Of a stretch of 64,000 bases of DNA, positions 49,951-63,015 are shown piece after piece. The translations under genes and the position numbers were made by a program. Source of the stretch: Octopus vulgaris (lineage: Eukaryota); contig OX597814.1 of assembly GCA_951406725.2 (NCBI GenBank), forward strand, positions 74,710,001 through 74,774,000. The letters run 5' to 3'. A model generated the notes under the pieces. It was not told the DNA's origin and did not search any database. It saw nothing but the letters and a program-made list of their open reading frames with translations. Position 1 is the stretch's first letter. Every line of letters starts with the position of its first letter.

Positions 49951-50874
49951 TTCTAAACGCTTGATCAATAAAATGGATAACGATGCTACGAAACTTCCAT
50001 GTTGTTTTAGAAAATGTTCATTGTGTCGTGTCGTACGAATGTGGAATACATGCAGCTGCCAAAAAATGTCTGTAAGATTCTTCTCTCCCTTACATATGAA
50101 AGTAAGTAGATATATGACAGTCTGTCTGGAATGTCTTGTTTCGTTCTTTGTGGCAGAGGAATATATGTTGTGACTATAGGAGCCTTTACTCACATACACA
50201 AACACATACAACCATTACATTGTTAGTGACCGGCTTGAATTCTGTGAAGAAGCTAAATGTCAATGTAAAACATACATACGAATGTAAACAGATGTGTTAT
50301 CTTTAACTGATGGTGAATAGGAAGTGTTGCATCAAACAGTTCAACATATACAGCTGGAAAGGTAAATAAACAAAATGATTTATGGAATGAGTAAAAAAGA
50401 GGAAATGAACGTACAAACTGAAGAAGAAAACTGAAAGTAGGTAATAGAAAAACTGACTGCTGAATGTAACAAGAGAATTACAAAATTGGGATGCATGTAG
50501 AGTATTACACCAATTTCAGGATTACTCACTACTAATTTTTGCGAGCTATAATCCGCTAGCTATTTTTACTTAATTTATTTAAAAATTATTTTTAGGATAT
50601 TTGTAGCTTACCATAAAAAAAGATTAAAGCTAAATTAAGACAGTTAGGTATGTAGTAATAGCTATTTGTTTGTTATCCCTAGCATATCGAGTGGCTGTAT
50701 AAGGTTTCCATAATGCAATAAAGTGAATATAGACTTGTCCGCAGCAACTTACTTAGTCATGTACCGGACGTTGGGTTGATCCTTCAGTACTGGAAACCAC
50801 TTTCATTTTGACAAGTAAAAGTAACTGCGTATTCTGACGTGGACGACGCACTTTATGCACAAGGATCGAAGTCT

Positions 50875-51078
50875 TTTCTACTCTAGGAACAAAGCCCGAA
50901 TTTTTTGGGGAGGAGCCAGTCGATTAGATCAACCCTAGTACGCAACTGGTACTTAATTTATCGACCCCGAAAGGATGAAAGGCAAAGTCGTCCTCGGCGG
51001 AATTTGGACTCAGAACGTAGCGGCAGACGAAATACCGCTAAGCATTTGGCCCTGCGTGCTAACGTTTCTGCCAGCTCA
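50875..51078 (-). mobile_element. SINE (family B)
   Basis: Near-identical to 6880-7027. Confidence 0.8.
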
Positions 51079-51194
51079 CTGTCTTACAAGGATCGAAAAA
51101 GTCTGAACAAGCTAAGGTATTCGTCACTAGATTTCGATTATTTCCATTCGTACATTGGCAAGGGGCTCACGACAAACATTTTTTAACTTTAAGC

Positions 51195-51314
51195 TGTATT
51201 GTAAGAAGTTTGCTTCCCGACCACACGCTTCCAGGTTCAGTCCCACTGTGCGGGCCCAGGGCTGACCAAGCCTTGTAAGTAAATTTGTGAAACAGAAACC
51301 GAAAGAAGCCTGTC

Positions 51315-51400
<86 letters not shown>

Positions 51401-51610
51401 GTGTGTTTGCATGTCTTTGTGCTTCTTCCCTACCATCGTGTGACTATTGTTATCAGTGCGTTTACGTCTCTATAACCTAGCGGTTCGGTAAAAAGAGCCT
51501 GATAGAATAAGTACCTGGCTTTAAAATAAATACTGTGTTGTTTGACTAAAACCCTTTGAGACAGTGTCCCAGAATGGCTGCAGTCCACTGACTGGAACAA
51601 GAGAAGGGTT
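51195..51610 (+). mobile_element. SINE (family A) with an internal (TG)n
   Basis: GTAAGAAGTTTGCTTCCCGACCACA..GGTTCAGTCCCACTG (B box)..GAAAGAAGCCTGTCG..TAGCGGTTCGG. Confidence 0.75.
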
Positions 51611-52193
51611 AAAAACTAAAATAAAAAAAATTCATATAAATTGTGCCGTGACGAAATACGAGCTCTCCAAACCGAATTAACAAAGCTCGCTTCTTCAACT
51701 AAACATAAGATATAAGGTTGTAATGAACACACATTCACAACAAACTATCAAACTTTCAGGTACAAAATATCAAATAGAACTACATTTTGATGCATTTATA
51801 GCTTGTCAGGCAAGTATTCATAGCACCGATCGTTTAGAACTCTTAATAAAGGAATTCCTTCACCATCAATTGCAGCTGATTGGAAAGCCCATTGAACAAA
51901 ATGTAGAACACTATTGATGCATCATTACATAAGTAATAATTAGTTTGAATGCCAGAAATTGCAGCCAAATATCCGTCACTTCACGCCCAATCGTTTTAAT
52001 TAATTTCTAACTTTTAATGATTAGACCCCCCTCCCCCAATGTCATTGAAAAATTTTTTTACATAATATAAAAGGTGAAATAACTGGAGATGCACGAAGCA
52101 GCGTTGACCGAAATATATTTAGCGCGTTAGTTCATACACACAAACGTACTCCTTTCAATAAGTAGTCACGTTACCATTGCACACACACACACA

Positions 52194-52237
<44 letters not shown>

Positions 52238-52667
52238 GCATACGCATATACATATATATTTCATAAACATATATGCATGCATACATATATATATAATACA
52301 CACATATAGACGTTCATTCATATGTATATACATGGGTATATATAGTGTGTTTACGTTTAGAACAGAATTGAAGAAGCATAAAAAATATGTCAATGAGTTT
52401 ATATTAACGATGTACCAGAAAGTGAATTAAATTGTAAATAATAGCTTTCAATACGTTAAGTAGAGAAAACCTTGGATAGTAAAATGGGGGTAAAAAAAAA
52501 CTATAGGGGAGATTCAAACCAGGCATCTTTTGTAACCCTAATAGTCAGGATACCAATTATACTAAAGTAACCTTCAACTTGCCATCACCCAAATAATTGA
52601 TTTTTCTACAGTTACATTTTAAATGTCAATCAACTCTTTCACGCATTAGAGATTAAAGAAAATTTGA

Positions 52668-52738
<71 letters not shown>

Positions 52739-53468
52739 CATAGTTAAAACCTTGTGCATTCACGGACATAGGAAGACTATTCACTGCAAAAATAATCCCA
52801 GGAGAAAATCTCTGCATAGATATGCGTGAAAACACATCATTGGGCTATGAATGGCATTGTCGAATCGCAGGATGCATGTGTTTCTGAGTTGTTATACTCC
52901 ATCAATTGCTATTACGGAATCAATCTTTTACAGTGTCGCAAAAACGGCCGGTCGTATATATAAAAATAGCAAATAGTACAATTTGAACAGACAACAGGGT
53001 AACCCCGTCAATAGGAGAGGTTGGGAAGGCGAAAGGGGAGAGTAAAGTGTAGTGTCGGAAAGAAACAGGGGACGCTTAGCTAAGAGAAGTGAAGAAAAGT
53101 TAGTAATGGTACAAGTTAAGGCGCCTGTGAACGTGATAGGAGGAATGAAGGGAGGAATGACAGGAAGAATGAAAAGGTAGAAGAAAGTGACAATTGAGGA
53201 ATTAGTAATTAGCAATGGAGAAACGAAAAGCTAAAAATGAAAAATGAAAAGAAAAAAACTTGAAAAATGAAATGATGAAGAGCTAAGCCAGTGTGAAAGA
53301 TAACATGAGCTGTGAGGAGACCCTTGGAAATCGTTTAAAATTCCATAAAGTTTTTCAGAAATTTTAAACGTTCAAAAGTTTTAAAAGTTTCTCAAAAAAA
53401 TTTTTTTTTTAAACTTCCCCCCAAATTCTCTCTGGGACAATACGGAATTGTCAATGTCTGACGGTTTT

Positions 53469-53549
<81 letters not shown>

Positions 53550-53619
53550 GGGACCTACTGGTGGCGTGTGATCTGTGTATAACATGTTGCTAGGTCTTGG
53601 GTTAAGTATAACATAACAT

Positions 53620-53659
53620 ATGTGAGCGCTTTCGGATCTATAATCCATCTTCAGACGTT
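53620..53659 (-). ncRNA. Minimal type I hammerhead
   Basis: rc ACGT-CTGAAGA-T-GGAT-TATAG-ATCC-GAAA-GCGC-TC-ACAT. Palindromic stem III, weak stem I. The mirror copy at about 54378-54415 is degenerate. Confidence 0.6.
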
Positions 53660-54563
53660 CAATGATGGTTATTGCTGGCATTGGTTAAAGATTCCTGAGG
53701 CAGCAGATGAACTTCCAGCCGTCAAGTTTGTTCCAGCGGTTGAAGCTGGGCGTCCTCTCTCTGATGAAATGGGCTTCTTTTATTCGGAGATTGACTGTGT
53801 CTATTCCTCTTGCCAGTATACGGATAGAGAAATCTCCATCTCAGTGCTAGTGATGCTGGAATACGGCGATGGGTGTTGTGGCTTTGTGGATGTTTTGCTT
53901 TGATGGACACTGGTTCAGACAACATGTGTCCTGTGTATTGTTATTATGGGAGAGGTAGCGTCTGAGGGTGTGGCCTCGCCTCGTGATTCTGGTCGGGAGC
54001 CAGACCTTTTGACGTTGTTCCTTAACTGGTTCTCTACTTGTTCTCCATAGTATGGAAGGTTGACATATATCCATGTTTTATCACTCCGTTCCTCTCTTTC
54101 TCTTTGTCTACTTTCCTCTTTCCTTCCATCGTTGTTGAGGTTGAAGTTATATATGTTATTGTTATTGTGGTCACTGTAGTTGTTGCTGTGACTGCCGCTG
54201 TTGTTGTTCTTTTTCCTCTTTTTCCTCTTCCTGTTCTCACTGCTGCTCTTATTACTATTTGCGTAATCACCTGTCGTCGTTGTCGTTGCTGTGGTCGCTG
54301 ATGCTGTCTTCTTCTCCTTCTTCTTGCAGTGAAAGAGTACAGCGGGGTTCACCCCCCCACCTCTGGAACCTCATTGATCGTCCAAAGAAGGATTATAGAT
54401 CCGAAGGCACTCACATAAGTTATACTCAGCCCAAGACCTAGCAACATGCTATACACAGACCACACGCAACCAGTAAGTCCCATCTATGTATCTATCTGTC
54501 TATTTACCCATCTGCTGTCTTTCTATTTATCTGTCTTCTCTCTGCCTGTTTATCTCTCCATCC

Positions 54564-54626
<63 letters not shown>

Positions 54627-54650
54627 CGTCCGTCTATATGTCTATCCATC

Positions 54651-55691
54651 CTCTCGGGGCGAACCTGGACGTCGACGAGGAGTACCTGACCCGCCTATTC
54701 CAGACGACTTTCGGGCCAGGGCCCATGGACAACTTCCAGAGATCCCTGGCCTGGCAGTGCTACCGAGAAGCGCTACCCGTTCGGGATAAGCTCTACAGAC
54801 ACGGCTCGAGAAACACGGGGCCGACCTGCCCGAGATGCGGTCAGAGCGACGAAACCGTTCTGCACGCACTCGTGCAGTGTCCAACAATTTCCGACCTGTG
54901 GGCTTATGTCGAACAACTGCTGTCACGTGTGGGACGAGTCTGTTTATCAGCTGAGTCTATCGTCAATATTGTCACGCCTCCTTCCTTCAAACGGGAAGGA
55001 AGAGCTATTTTCATCATTCTTGTGGCTATGGCGAAAGAATGTATCTGGTGGACGCGTCTGAAAGGATTGGAGACAAACACTTTCCTCTCTGGTCAATCTC
55101 TCATCAACTTCTTCAAGTACCACTTGAAAAGGAAAGTGAGAGTAGAGAGGCAAGTTTTGTCTAGCGAATGTTTTAAAAAAAGATGGGTGAATGTAGCAAG
55201 GATGGAACGTATGAATGACGAAGCCACCTTGAGCATAATCCTATGAACCCAGAAATTGAAAACAGAGGGTTACCCACTTGCAAACAAATGTGGTAACATA
55301 TAACAATATTGACCAAGGTTACCGTGGTCTTTTTCGTAGGCTTTTCTTCCCACGGATAAACCTTACTTGCTTTCCCCTTTACACCATATATCATAACACT
55401 GTGATACACGATCCCTATTGATCGTTTTTTTCCTCTTCCCCTTTTTTCCCCTTTTTTCTTCTTTTTTCATTTCTCTTTTCTTTTGTTCCTTTTCCTTTTC
55501 TTTTTTTTCTTTTTTATTTTATTTATTTTTTTTGTTCTTTTCTTCCCTTTTACGATCCCTCTTGATCGAAAACCTACGCCACCCCTTTTTTTGTTTCTTT
55601 TGTTTTTTGTTTTTTTCATCCTCCAAAAGAAAAGCTTTACCTTGTAACTTGTCCCATCTGTGTGCAGCCCTGTGTGGCCAATAAAGAAACT
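54651..55691 (+). mobile_element. 5'-truncated Tx1/L1 LINE (ORF2 C-terminal Zn finger plus 3' UTR)
   Basis: LPVRDKL..CPRCGQSDETVLHALVQC, homologous to 60870-61756. AATAAA at the end. Flanked by a 32-bp direct repeat (54619-54650 / 55692-55723). Confidence 0.9.
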
Positions 55692-55723
55692 TATCTATCC
55701 GTCCGTCTATATGTCTATCCATC

Positions 55724-55778
<55 letters not shown>

Positions 55779-55792
55779 CGTCCGTCTATATG

Positions 55793-55891
<99 letters not shown>

Positions 55892-56097
55892 GTTTATTGA
55901 CGGACGTGATGTCAGTTCAGCTCCGAAGGTAATCGTTTATTTTGACTATTTATAGGCCAATTTTTGTGTACATTTTTGCAAATAAGGTGTGTAAGGCAAC
56001 CAACTTTCGTTTGAGTGCTTTTCCAAGGGAGGAATTCGCCCCTAGGGGCAGTTGCAACCCCATTTCATTTCTGTAATTTTCTTCTCGACATTAGAAA

Positions 56098-57978
56098 ATG
56101 TCTAGAAATTTTATTGTAGAACGCTGGTCGCGTTCTTTTATGGAACAACATTTTCCTAGTCTGGAAATGATAGAGAAAAAAAAGAACGTACGCACGGAAA
56201 GTGCAAATATAAATATCGGTAAAATGAACGCTGCAACCACGTGCGATAACAGCCCTGTCACCACCGCTACCACCACCACTAACAACAGCAACCACGAGAC
56301 TACTACTGCTACCACCACCACCTCCACCACCACTACCACGACCAACATAAATGATAAAAATAAAACTCGCACGAAAACTATTGACAAAAACAACAGCAAC
56401 AACAAGAACAACAATAAAAATGAACTATCTAATAGTGAAGATGTTAATACAAAAAATCAACAACAGTAAATTTCGCGGACACTCTTCGCCAGAAGAAGGA
56501 AATAGTAACATTCACAAATGAAGAGCTCATAGAAACAAGAGCTCTCTTTACAACCCGTGGACAAGATTTAGTGCTGCATACACCTCAACACATAAAGCAA
56601 GAAATAGAAAATAAGACAATTGTATATAAAATTATTAGAAAAAACAAAAAACTAAATGAACAGATTACAAAAACTGATGTGGAAAAATGTTTAAAAAACA
56701 TAATGAAAGAAAAAGAGTATATAAACTGGGGTTCCCAGTTTAACACAGTAGTGGTCCGCTTCCCTAACCAGGAAGTGGCAAAAGCTCACTCTACTGAGTC
56801 TCTGGGAAATGATGAAATCATCATGGTCCCATACTACAAAAACCAGAGTGAGTCGAATCACAATTAAAAATGTACCTCCTGAGCTTCCTAACAAATGGAT
56901 AACAGGGGCAATCTGTTACCATTTAAAAAATATTAATATTTTGGAGACCGCCGTGTACCCTGGCGACATTTGGGGTGGGAAGACAATAGTGGTGACCATC
57001 CAGATTGAGGGGGCTTCTATCGAGAGCCTACCGGATAAGATCCACTTGGAGAATGGGCAATGCCTATATGTTGTGGCAGAAAGCAAAAAGCCTAGATGCT
57101 ACAAATGTGGCAGCCCCGAACATTTGATTGCCAAGTGCGATCTGGTACAGAAAAAACAAGAAAGAACAAATCAGAAAACAAATAAAATCCCTTTGTTGCC
57201 AACACCAACACCAACACCAACACACTCAATTATGGAACAATGCCAAGAAAAACAACAAACCAGCAAACAAACCCCAACATCACCAAGAAAAGAAACAGTA
57301 CCAACACAATCACCGATGACGTCACAACCAATTAAACATGTTGAATCAACAAAAAATAGACCCACACCCACACCCAGGACGACAATTAAAAAGACAGAAA
57401 ACACTGACGAGAAGACAAATGCTACCCCTAACACCACAACAACACAAACATCGCACAAAACATCAACAATTTATACAAGCATACATAGTAATGCAAATGT
57501 TTTGCCTCTACCCCATACTGATACGTCGGACGACGAAAGTTCGACGGAATGGCAAATAGCCACAGGGGGTAAAAGAAAAAGATCCAAAAAATCCACCAAA
57601 CAAGGAAGTAAAGCAGGGAGATATCTAACTCAGGACAACATCCCCCTAGACAATCAAAAAAGTAATGAACCCGTAAAACCACACACACAACTAACTGCAA
57701 TAGACACAGACAATAAAGAATTAATGGACTACATCAAATCTAACATGGTCATCTGTGAAGATAACTTTAAGACAAACAATCATCCGCACACCACACCACC
57801 GAAACACATCAGAATTTTACACATAACACAAGCACAACACCACATACTGAAAACAATATTTCCGAATGCAGTAGGCGGGTATCAACGATACCTGTCGAAA
57901 AAACTATACAAACACCTCATCAAAAACAATACAAAAGAAGAAGAAGAAAAAAATGAAACTTTTAAAATGCGTAAGTGA
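56098..57978 (+). pseudogene. Tx1 ORF1 (gag-like, CCHC zinc knuckle), disrupted
   Basis: Pieces 56098..56469, 56571..56867 and 56809..57978. RITIKNVPPEL and CYKCGSPEHLIAKC. Confidence 0.8.
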
Positions 57979-58035
57979 CCTCACTTCTTGTCTCTTGTCT
58001 CTTCTAATATAGTGTGTAAAACACAATTTTCGTAA

Positions 58036-61000
58036 ATGTCAAGTATGCTTAAATTAGGTTGTGTGAATGCGTGTGGCTTGGCGTCGGCTTGGAAGCAAGG
58101 TTACCTTCTAAACGACATCAAGTCACTGGACGTGGATATAGTAGCTATCAGTGAAACCAGACTCAGTAAACCGTGGGCCCTCGAGTCCATGTTTGGCAAT
58201 CAATTTGACATTTATTTTTCTCCCTGTCTGCCGAACATGGGTGGTGGAGGTACTGCGGTGCTTTTTCGAAAGAGTCTAAAGGTAAAAGTAAGAGCAATAT
58301 TCCTAGACCCGGAGGGTGGCTGGTTGTCTTGGACGTGGATGGCAGAAATGGATGTGTATTCCGTCTGATGGCAGTTTATGCACCGTCCTTAACGGGTCGG
58401 GCGGATTTCTTCAGACGTCTAGAGGTTTTCCTGGGTACGTCTAGACCTTTACTGTTAGTAGGGGATTGGAACGCTACCTTGGACACGCATCTAGATTATG
58501 TGGGAAGGGATAGGAATAGAAGGGGGTGTAAGAGCCTCAAAGACCTGCTCAGACGTTTCCATTTGTCTGACAAGTTCCGACTCGACCATCCGAACGTGCC
58601 AACGTGGACTTGGACAAACCGCGTCGGATCGTCGAGATCTTATCTAGATAGAATTCTATGCAGGACAGCGGATAGGGATAGTGTAGGATGTCCACAACTT
58701 AAAATAGTCAGCTACACAGATCACAAATTTGTTACGTGTACGCTCGACTTAGATAAAACACATAGGCAGGGTCCCGGTTACTGGAAACTGAACACGTCGC
58801 TGTTAGCGCGACAGGTTTACAGGATCCGGATTAGCGAGTTAATTAAGAGGGCGCTGACGGGAGCCGTCGTTAACAACCGCTGGTGGTACGCCCTGAAAAT
58901 GGCAATAAAATCGGAATCAATTAGGTTTAGCAAGGAATTAGCGATAGAACGAAATAGAGTAGAGGGAGACTTAGTTAAGAAACTAGAAGAGGCACTTACC
59001 ACTGGCAGCGCAACCAACGTGCTGGCTGCGAGGATGGCCCTCGACCAACACCTCAACGCCAAGCACGAAGGTTGCGTCGTCAGAGCTAAAATGCGTGCCT
59101 TAAGGAACGAAGGGATTGAAGCTGCGCGAGAGGCCCGGGTAGCGGAGGCGCAGCGTGGCAACAGAGCCACCATTCGGTCTCTAATAGATCAACAGGGATG
59201 CAGTTTACTCGAACCCGAAAGGATGTGTGAGGCCTTTCAACAGCACTTTTCTCGACTGTTTGGTGCGAGTGGTGGGTCGGAACGCGGGATGGATTTCAGT
59301 GCCTACCTGACCGACCTGCCGCGGCTCTCGGCAAGAGAAGCGGAGTGTTGTGAAAGTCCCATCACAGCCGCTGATGTGTGGGATGCGATGGCGGGCTGCG
59401 CGAGGGTTTGGATGGTTTACCCTACGAGCTGTATTGTCGAATGCCAGACTTGTTTGGCGACCTATTGGCATCAGTCTACTGCAACTGGCAACAAAACGGG
59501 AGAATCCCCGGTTTCGTGAGCCGAGGTGCAGTGACGTTGCTGAAGAAAGACCCAAACAAGGGGAATTTTATAGATAATTTCAGGCCCATCACTCTGCTCA
59601 ACGCAGATTTGAAAATTTTGGCCAAAGTAATAGCCGAGAGGTTGGCGCTTGTCATTGGTAAACTGGTCGACAGGGCGCAAACATGCGCCGTGCCGGGCAG
59701 AACCAGACATGACAACTTCCATCTGATGCGCTACATTGTGGACAGGGTAGTTAAGGATCCTGGCATGGGTGGGGCGCTGATAAATTTGGATCAGTCTAAA
59801 GCCTTCGATAGGGTCGACCATCGGTACTTGGCGGCCGTCCTCAGGGCGGCTGGCTTCGGTCCCGTCTTCCGCGGTTGGATCGCTGCCTTATATAGCGGCA
59901 TCCGATCGGTGATTCGGGTGAACGGTCACCTGTCGAAACCGTTTGACATCACGCGTTCGGTCCGTCAGGGGTGTCCCCTGTCGGCGCTTCTGTATGTATT
60001 GACTCTCGAGCCGCTACGGCGGAAGCTGGCGACACTGAGGGGCATCCCACGGGAACTGGGTTGCGGGACGAGCGTGTCGGCATATGCGGACGATGTCACC
60101 GTCATAGTGTCGAGCGACAAACACATCAAGATGATAGGCGAGACACTAAGAAAATATGAAACGGTGACAGGAGCAAAGATTAACCCGGAAAAGTCAGTGG
60201 GTTTGCTACTCGGCACCTGGAGAAGCAAGCCCATGCCGTCCGACTGCGGCTCAGTAGTGGGACGCTGGACGGACGGACGGTTAAATTGCTCGGGGTCTGG
60301 TTCAGTCCGAACCTCCAAATGGATAAGAACTGGGATGAGATCACGAGTAGAGTGGTCGCTCTCAGCCAAACATGGGCCGAGAGAAAGCTGTCTCTAAAAG
60401 GCCGGGCGGAGGTGGCGAACGCGTACATCGCATCCGTCATCGATTACCGCCTGACAGTCGTACCTTGTCCCGACGCCACCATCACCAAACTGGAACGCAT
60501 ACTCTTCCTCTTCCTGTGGAAGGGTGGCGTTCCGATGGTGAGGAAGTCCATTTGCTGTCAACATCCGTTGAATGGAGGACTGGGCATGCCGTGGTTGATG
60601 ATGCACAGGCATGCGCTGAGACTGCGACATCTCTGGAAATTCATCGACGACGGTGAACAGGTGTGGGCGCCGTTTGTGAGGCGCGACTTCCCGCAGCTCG
60701 TCTCACTGACCGAACTGCAAACGTGGATCAAAAAGAGACCGAAACTGGGCGATTGGCACCGAGAGTGTCGCCAAGCTCTACAGCAGCTCTGCCGACCGGG
60801 GTCAAACTTGTGCAACTTACAAACGACTAAAGCGTTCTATAGAGGACTAGTGGAGAGGAGGTCCGACGACACACTCGGGGCGTCGACGAGGAATTCCTAA
60901 CCCGCCTGTTCAGGACGACGTTCGGGCCGGGGCCTATGGATAACTTCCAGAAATCCCTGGCTTAGCAGTGCTATCGAGACGCACTACCTGTTCGAGAGAA

Positions 61001-61460
61001 GAGCTACAGACACGGTTCGAAAACCATCACCGGACCGACCTGCCCGAGATGCGGTCAGAGCGACGAAACCGTTCTGCACGCACTCGTGCAGTGTCCAGAT
61101 ATCTCAGAGCTGTGGTCCTTCGTCGAACAGCTGTTGTCACGTGTAGGTCAGGCTCGCCTATCGGCCGAGTCTATCGTGAATATTGTTCCACCACCTTCCT
61201 TTAAACGGGAAGGGAAAACCGTTTTCGTTACGCTGATGGCTATGGCAAAAGAATGTGTGTGGTGGACGCGTTTGAAAGGACTGCAAACAAACACCTTCTT
61301 CTCTGGTCAGTCTCTCGTCAACTTTTTCAAGTACCACTTGAAAAGGAGGATGAGAATAGAGAGGAAGGCTTTGTCGAACGAATGTTTTAATAAAAAGTGG
61401 GTAAAAGTGGCAAAAATGGTCAGTATGAAAGACGACACTATTTCAAGCATAAATCTGTAA
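58036..61460 (+). pseudogene. Tx1 ORF2 (APE endonuclease, RT, C-terminal Zn finger), frameshifted
   Basis: NACGL, ISET, VYAP, GDWN, YLDRI, TDH; FRPITLLNAD, DQSKAFDRV, VRQGCPLS, YADD; CPRC..H...C. Split across at least five ORFs. Confidence 0.93.
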
Positions 61461-61754
61461 CCAAAAGAGACAACGAGAAGTAAGGCGACTTACTCATGTG
61501 TTCTTTTTCGAATTGTCTGAGGTGACCTTGGTCTTTTTTGTAGGTTTTTTCTTTCCAAGGCTACACCTAAACTGTGAACCTTATATATATATATATATTG
61601 CTTTTTTATACACCACACAACCCACAGATTCCTATTGATCAAATGTTTTTTTTTTTTTTGTGCCCCACCCATCCCACCTCGAAAAGAAAAAATTCTACAT
61701 TGTATTTCGTCCATTTTTATTCTGTGTTTAGCCCTGTGTGGCTACAATAAAAAG

Positions 61755-61801
<47 letters not shown>

Positions 61802-62454
61802 AAAACCGTCAGACATTGGCAATTCCGTGTTGTCCCAGAGAAGTTTGAATAATAAAATTTTGTTAAGAAACTTTTAAAACTTTTGAATGTTTAAAATTTC
61901 TGAAAAACTTTATGGAACTTTAAACGAAGATTTCCACAGTTCATGCAATCTATTAAAACCTCGCCCTATCACGTTGTCTTAACTCCTCATAATTTTTTCA
62001 TTTTTTCATTTTTCAATTTTCTTTCTTTTCATTTTTCATTTTTAGCTTTTCGTTTCTCCATTGCTAATTACTAATTCCTCAATTGTCACTTTCTTCTACC
62101 TGTTCATTCTTCCTGTCATTCCTCCCTTCATTCCACCTATCACGTTCACAGGCGTCTTAACTCGTACCAATACTAACTTTTCTTCACTTCTCTTGTTGTC
62201 TGTTTGTACGTTACCATGTATCCTGTCACCAAAATGTCGTTCTAACTGCTGGAACCTCAAAGTTGTTCACAGTTATTTCATTCATCACCTTGAGTTTCAT
62301 TCACTCCTCAGTTATCCACAAGTAAGACGGCCTTAGAGCATCCAGATCTACCGGCATCTCTATGATCTGTCACTCACCAAATGTCTCAGGCTCACGGGAA
62401 TGTTAGCAAAAGTAATGTTGATGCTTTTTAGCAAAATGCTTACATATATTGTAC

Positions 62455-62870
62455 ACCCGTCTCACGTTTTTTTTAGATCTGAAGACACCTGTCAGGTTGC
62501 ACTACTGTAACTAATACAAAGATGGTTCTCATTATCAACTCTGTACGCCATAGTTCCGTTGTTTTCTACGCTTTTCTTTATGTACAGTCTTCTTGTCACT
62601 TCTTAAAATATCTAAACCGGCTTCTTGTCACTTCTTAAAATATATAGCCTCATTTTGGCAATAACAGTCTTTCCAGTTCACATCTAAACATTCTACACTA
62701 GGACCTCATATGCACACAACCCATCCTCACAATAAATATGTGTATCAAGACTTTGAGAATAGTATTCAATAGTAACGTGGCAACTTAGTTTTTGTTCAAG
62801 AGCACAGAGATAATAAATCACTACACATATCAAGGACACGTCCTTGTACTTCCTCCTCAACCTTCAAGGT
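62455..62870 (-). repeat. Second copy of the unclassified repeat at 45750-46140
   Basis: Shared blocks as listed for 45750-46140. Contains a 28-bp tandem duplication. Confidence 0.7.
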
Positions 62871-62969
62871 CTCTATGAACATTAGAACTATACATACACA
62901 TATCTATACACACATATATGCATGTGTACACATATTTACATATATGTGCATATATATATATGTTCATAT

Positions 62970-63015
<46 letters not shown>

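Larger units (their letters stand above)
55891..61756 (+). mobile_element. Apparently full-length Tx1/L1-clade LINE in (TCTA)n
   Basis: 5' UTR, ORF1, ORF2 (APE-RT-Zn finger), 3' UTR ending AATAAAAAGTT, then (ATCT)n. Confidence 0.93.
52929..62192. mobile_element. Fold-back PLE derivative whose right arm is split by two Tx1 insertions
   Basis: The left arm 53084-53670 is the rc of 54367-54620 plus 61757-62192 once the Tx1 copies are removed. The spacer encodes an Asn-rich WIYVNLPYYG PLE-thumb-like peptide (-). HHR at 53620-53659 (-). Confidence 0.8.

Noticed and set aside
54446-55246. 266-aa ORF that looks like a standalone gene
   Set aside because: It is a chance fusion of pLTR sequence, (TCTA)n and the 3' end of a truncated Tx1 ORF2.
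58817-60815. Several antisense and alternate-frame ORFs in GC-rich DNA
   Set aside because: They are shadows of Tx1 ORF2.
53084-62192. Apparent 9-kb DNA transposon with long TIRs enclosing an RT
   Set aside because: Better explained as an inverted PLE repeat pair with Tx1 inserted into one arm. There is no transposase.
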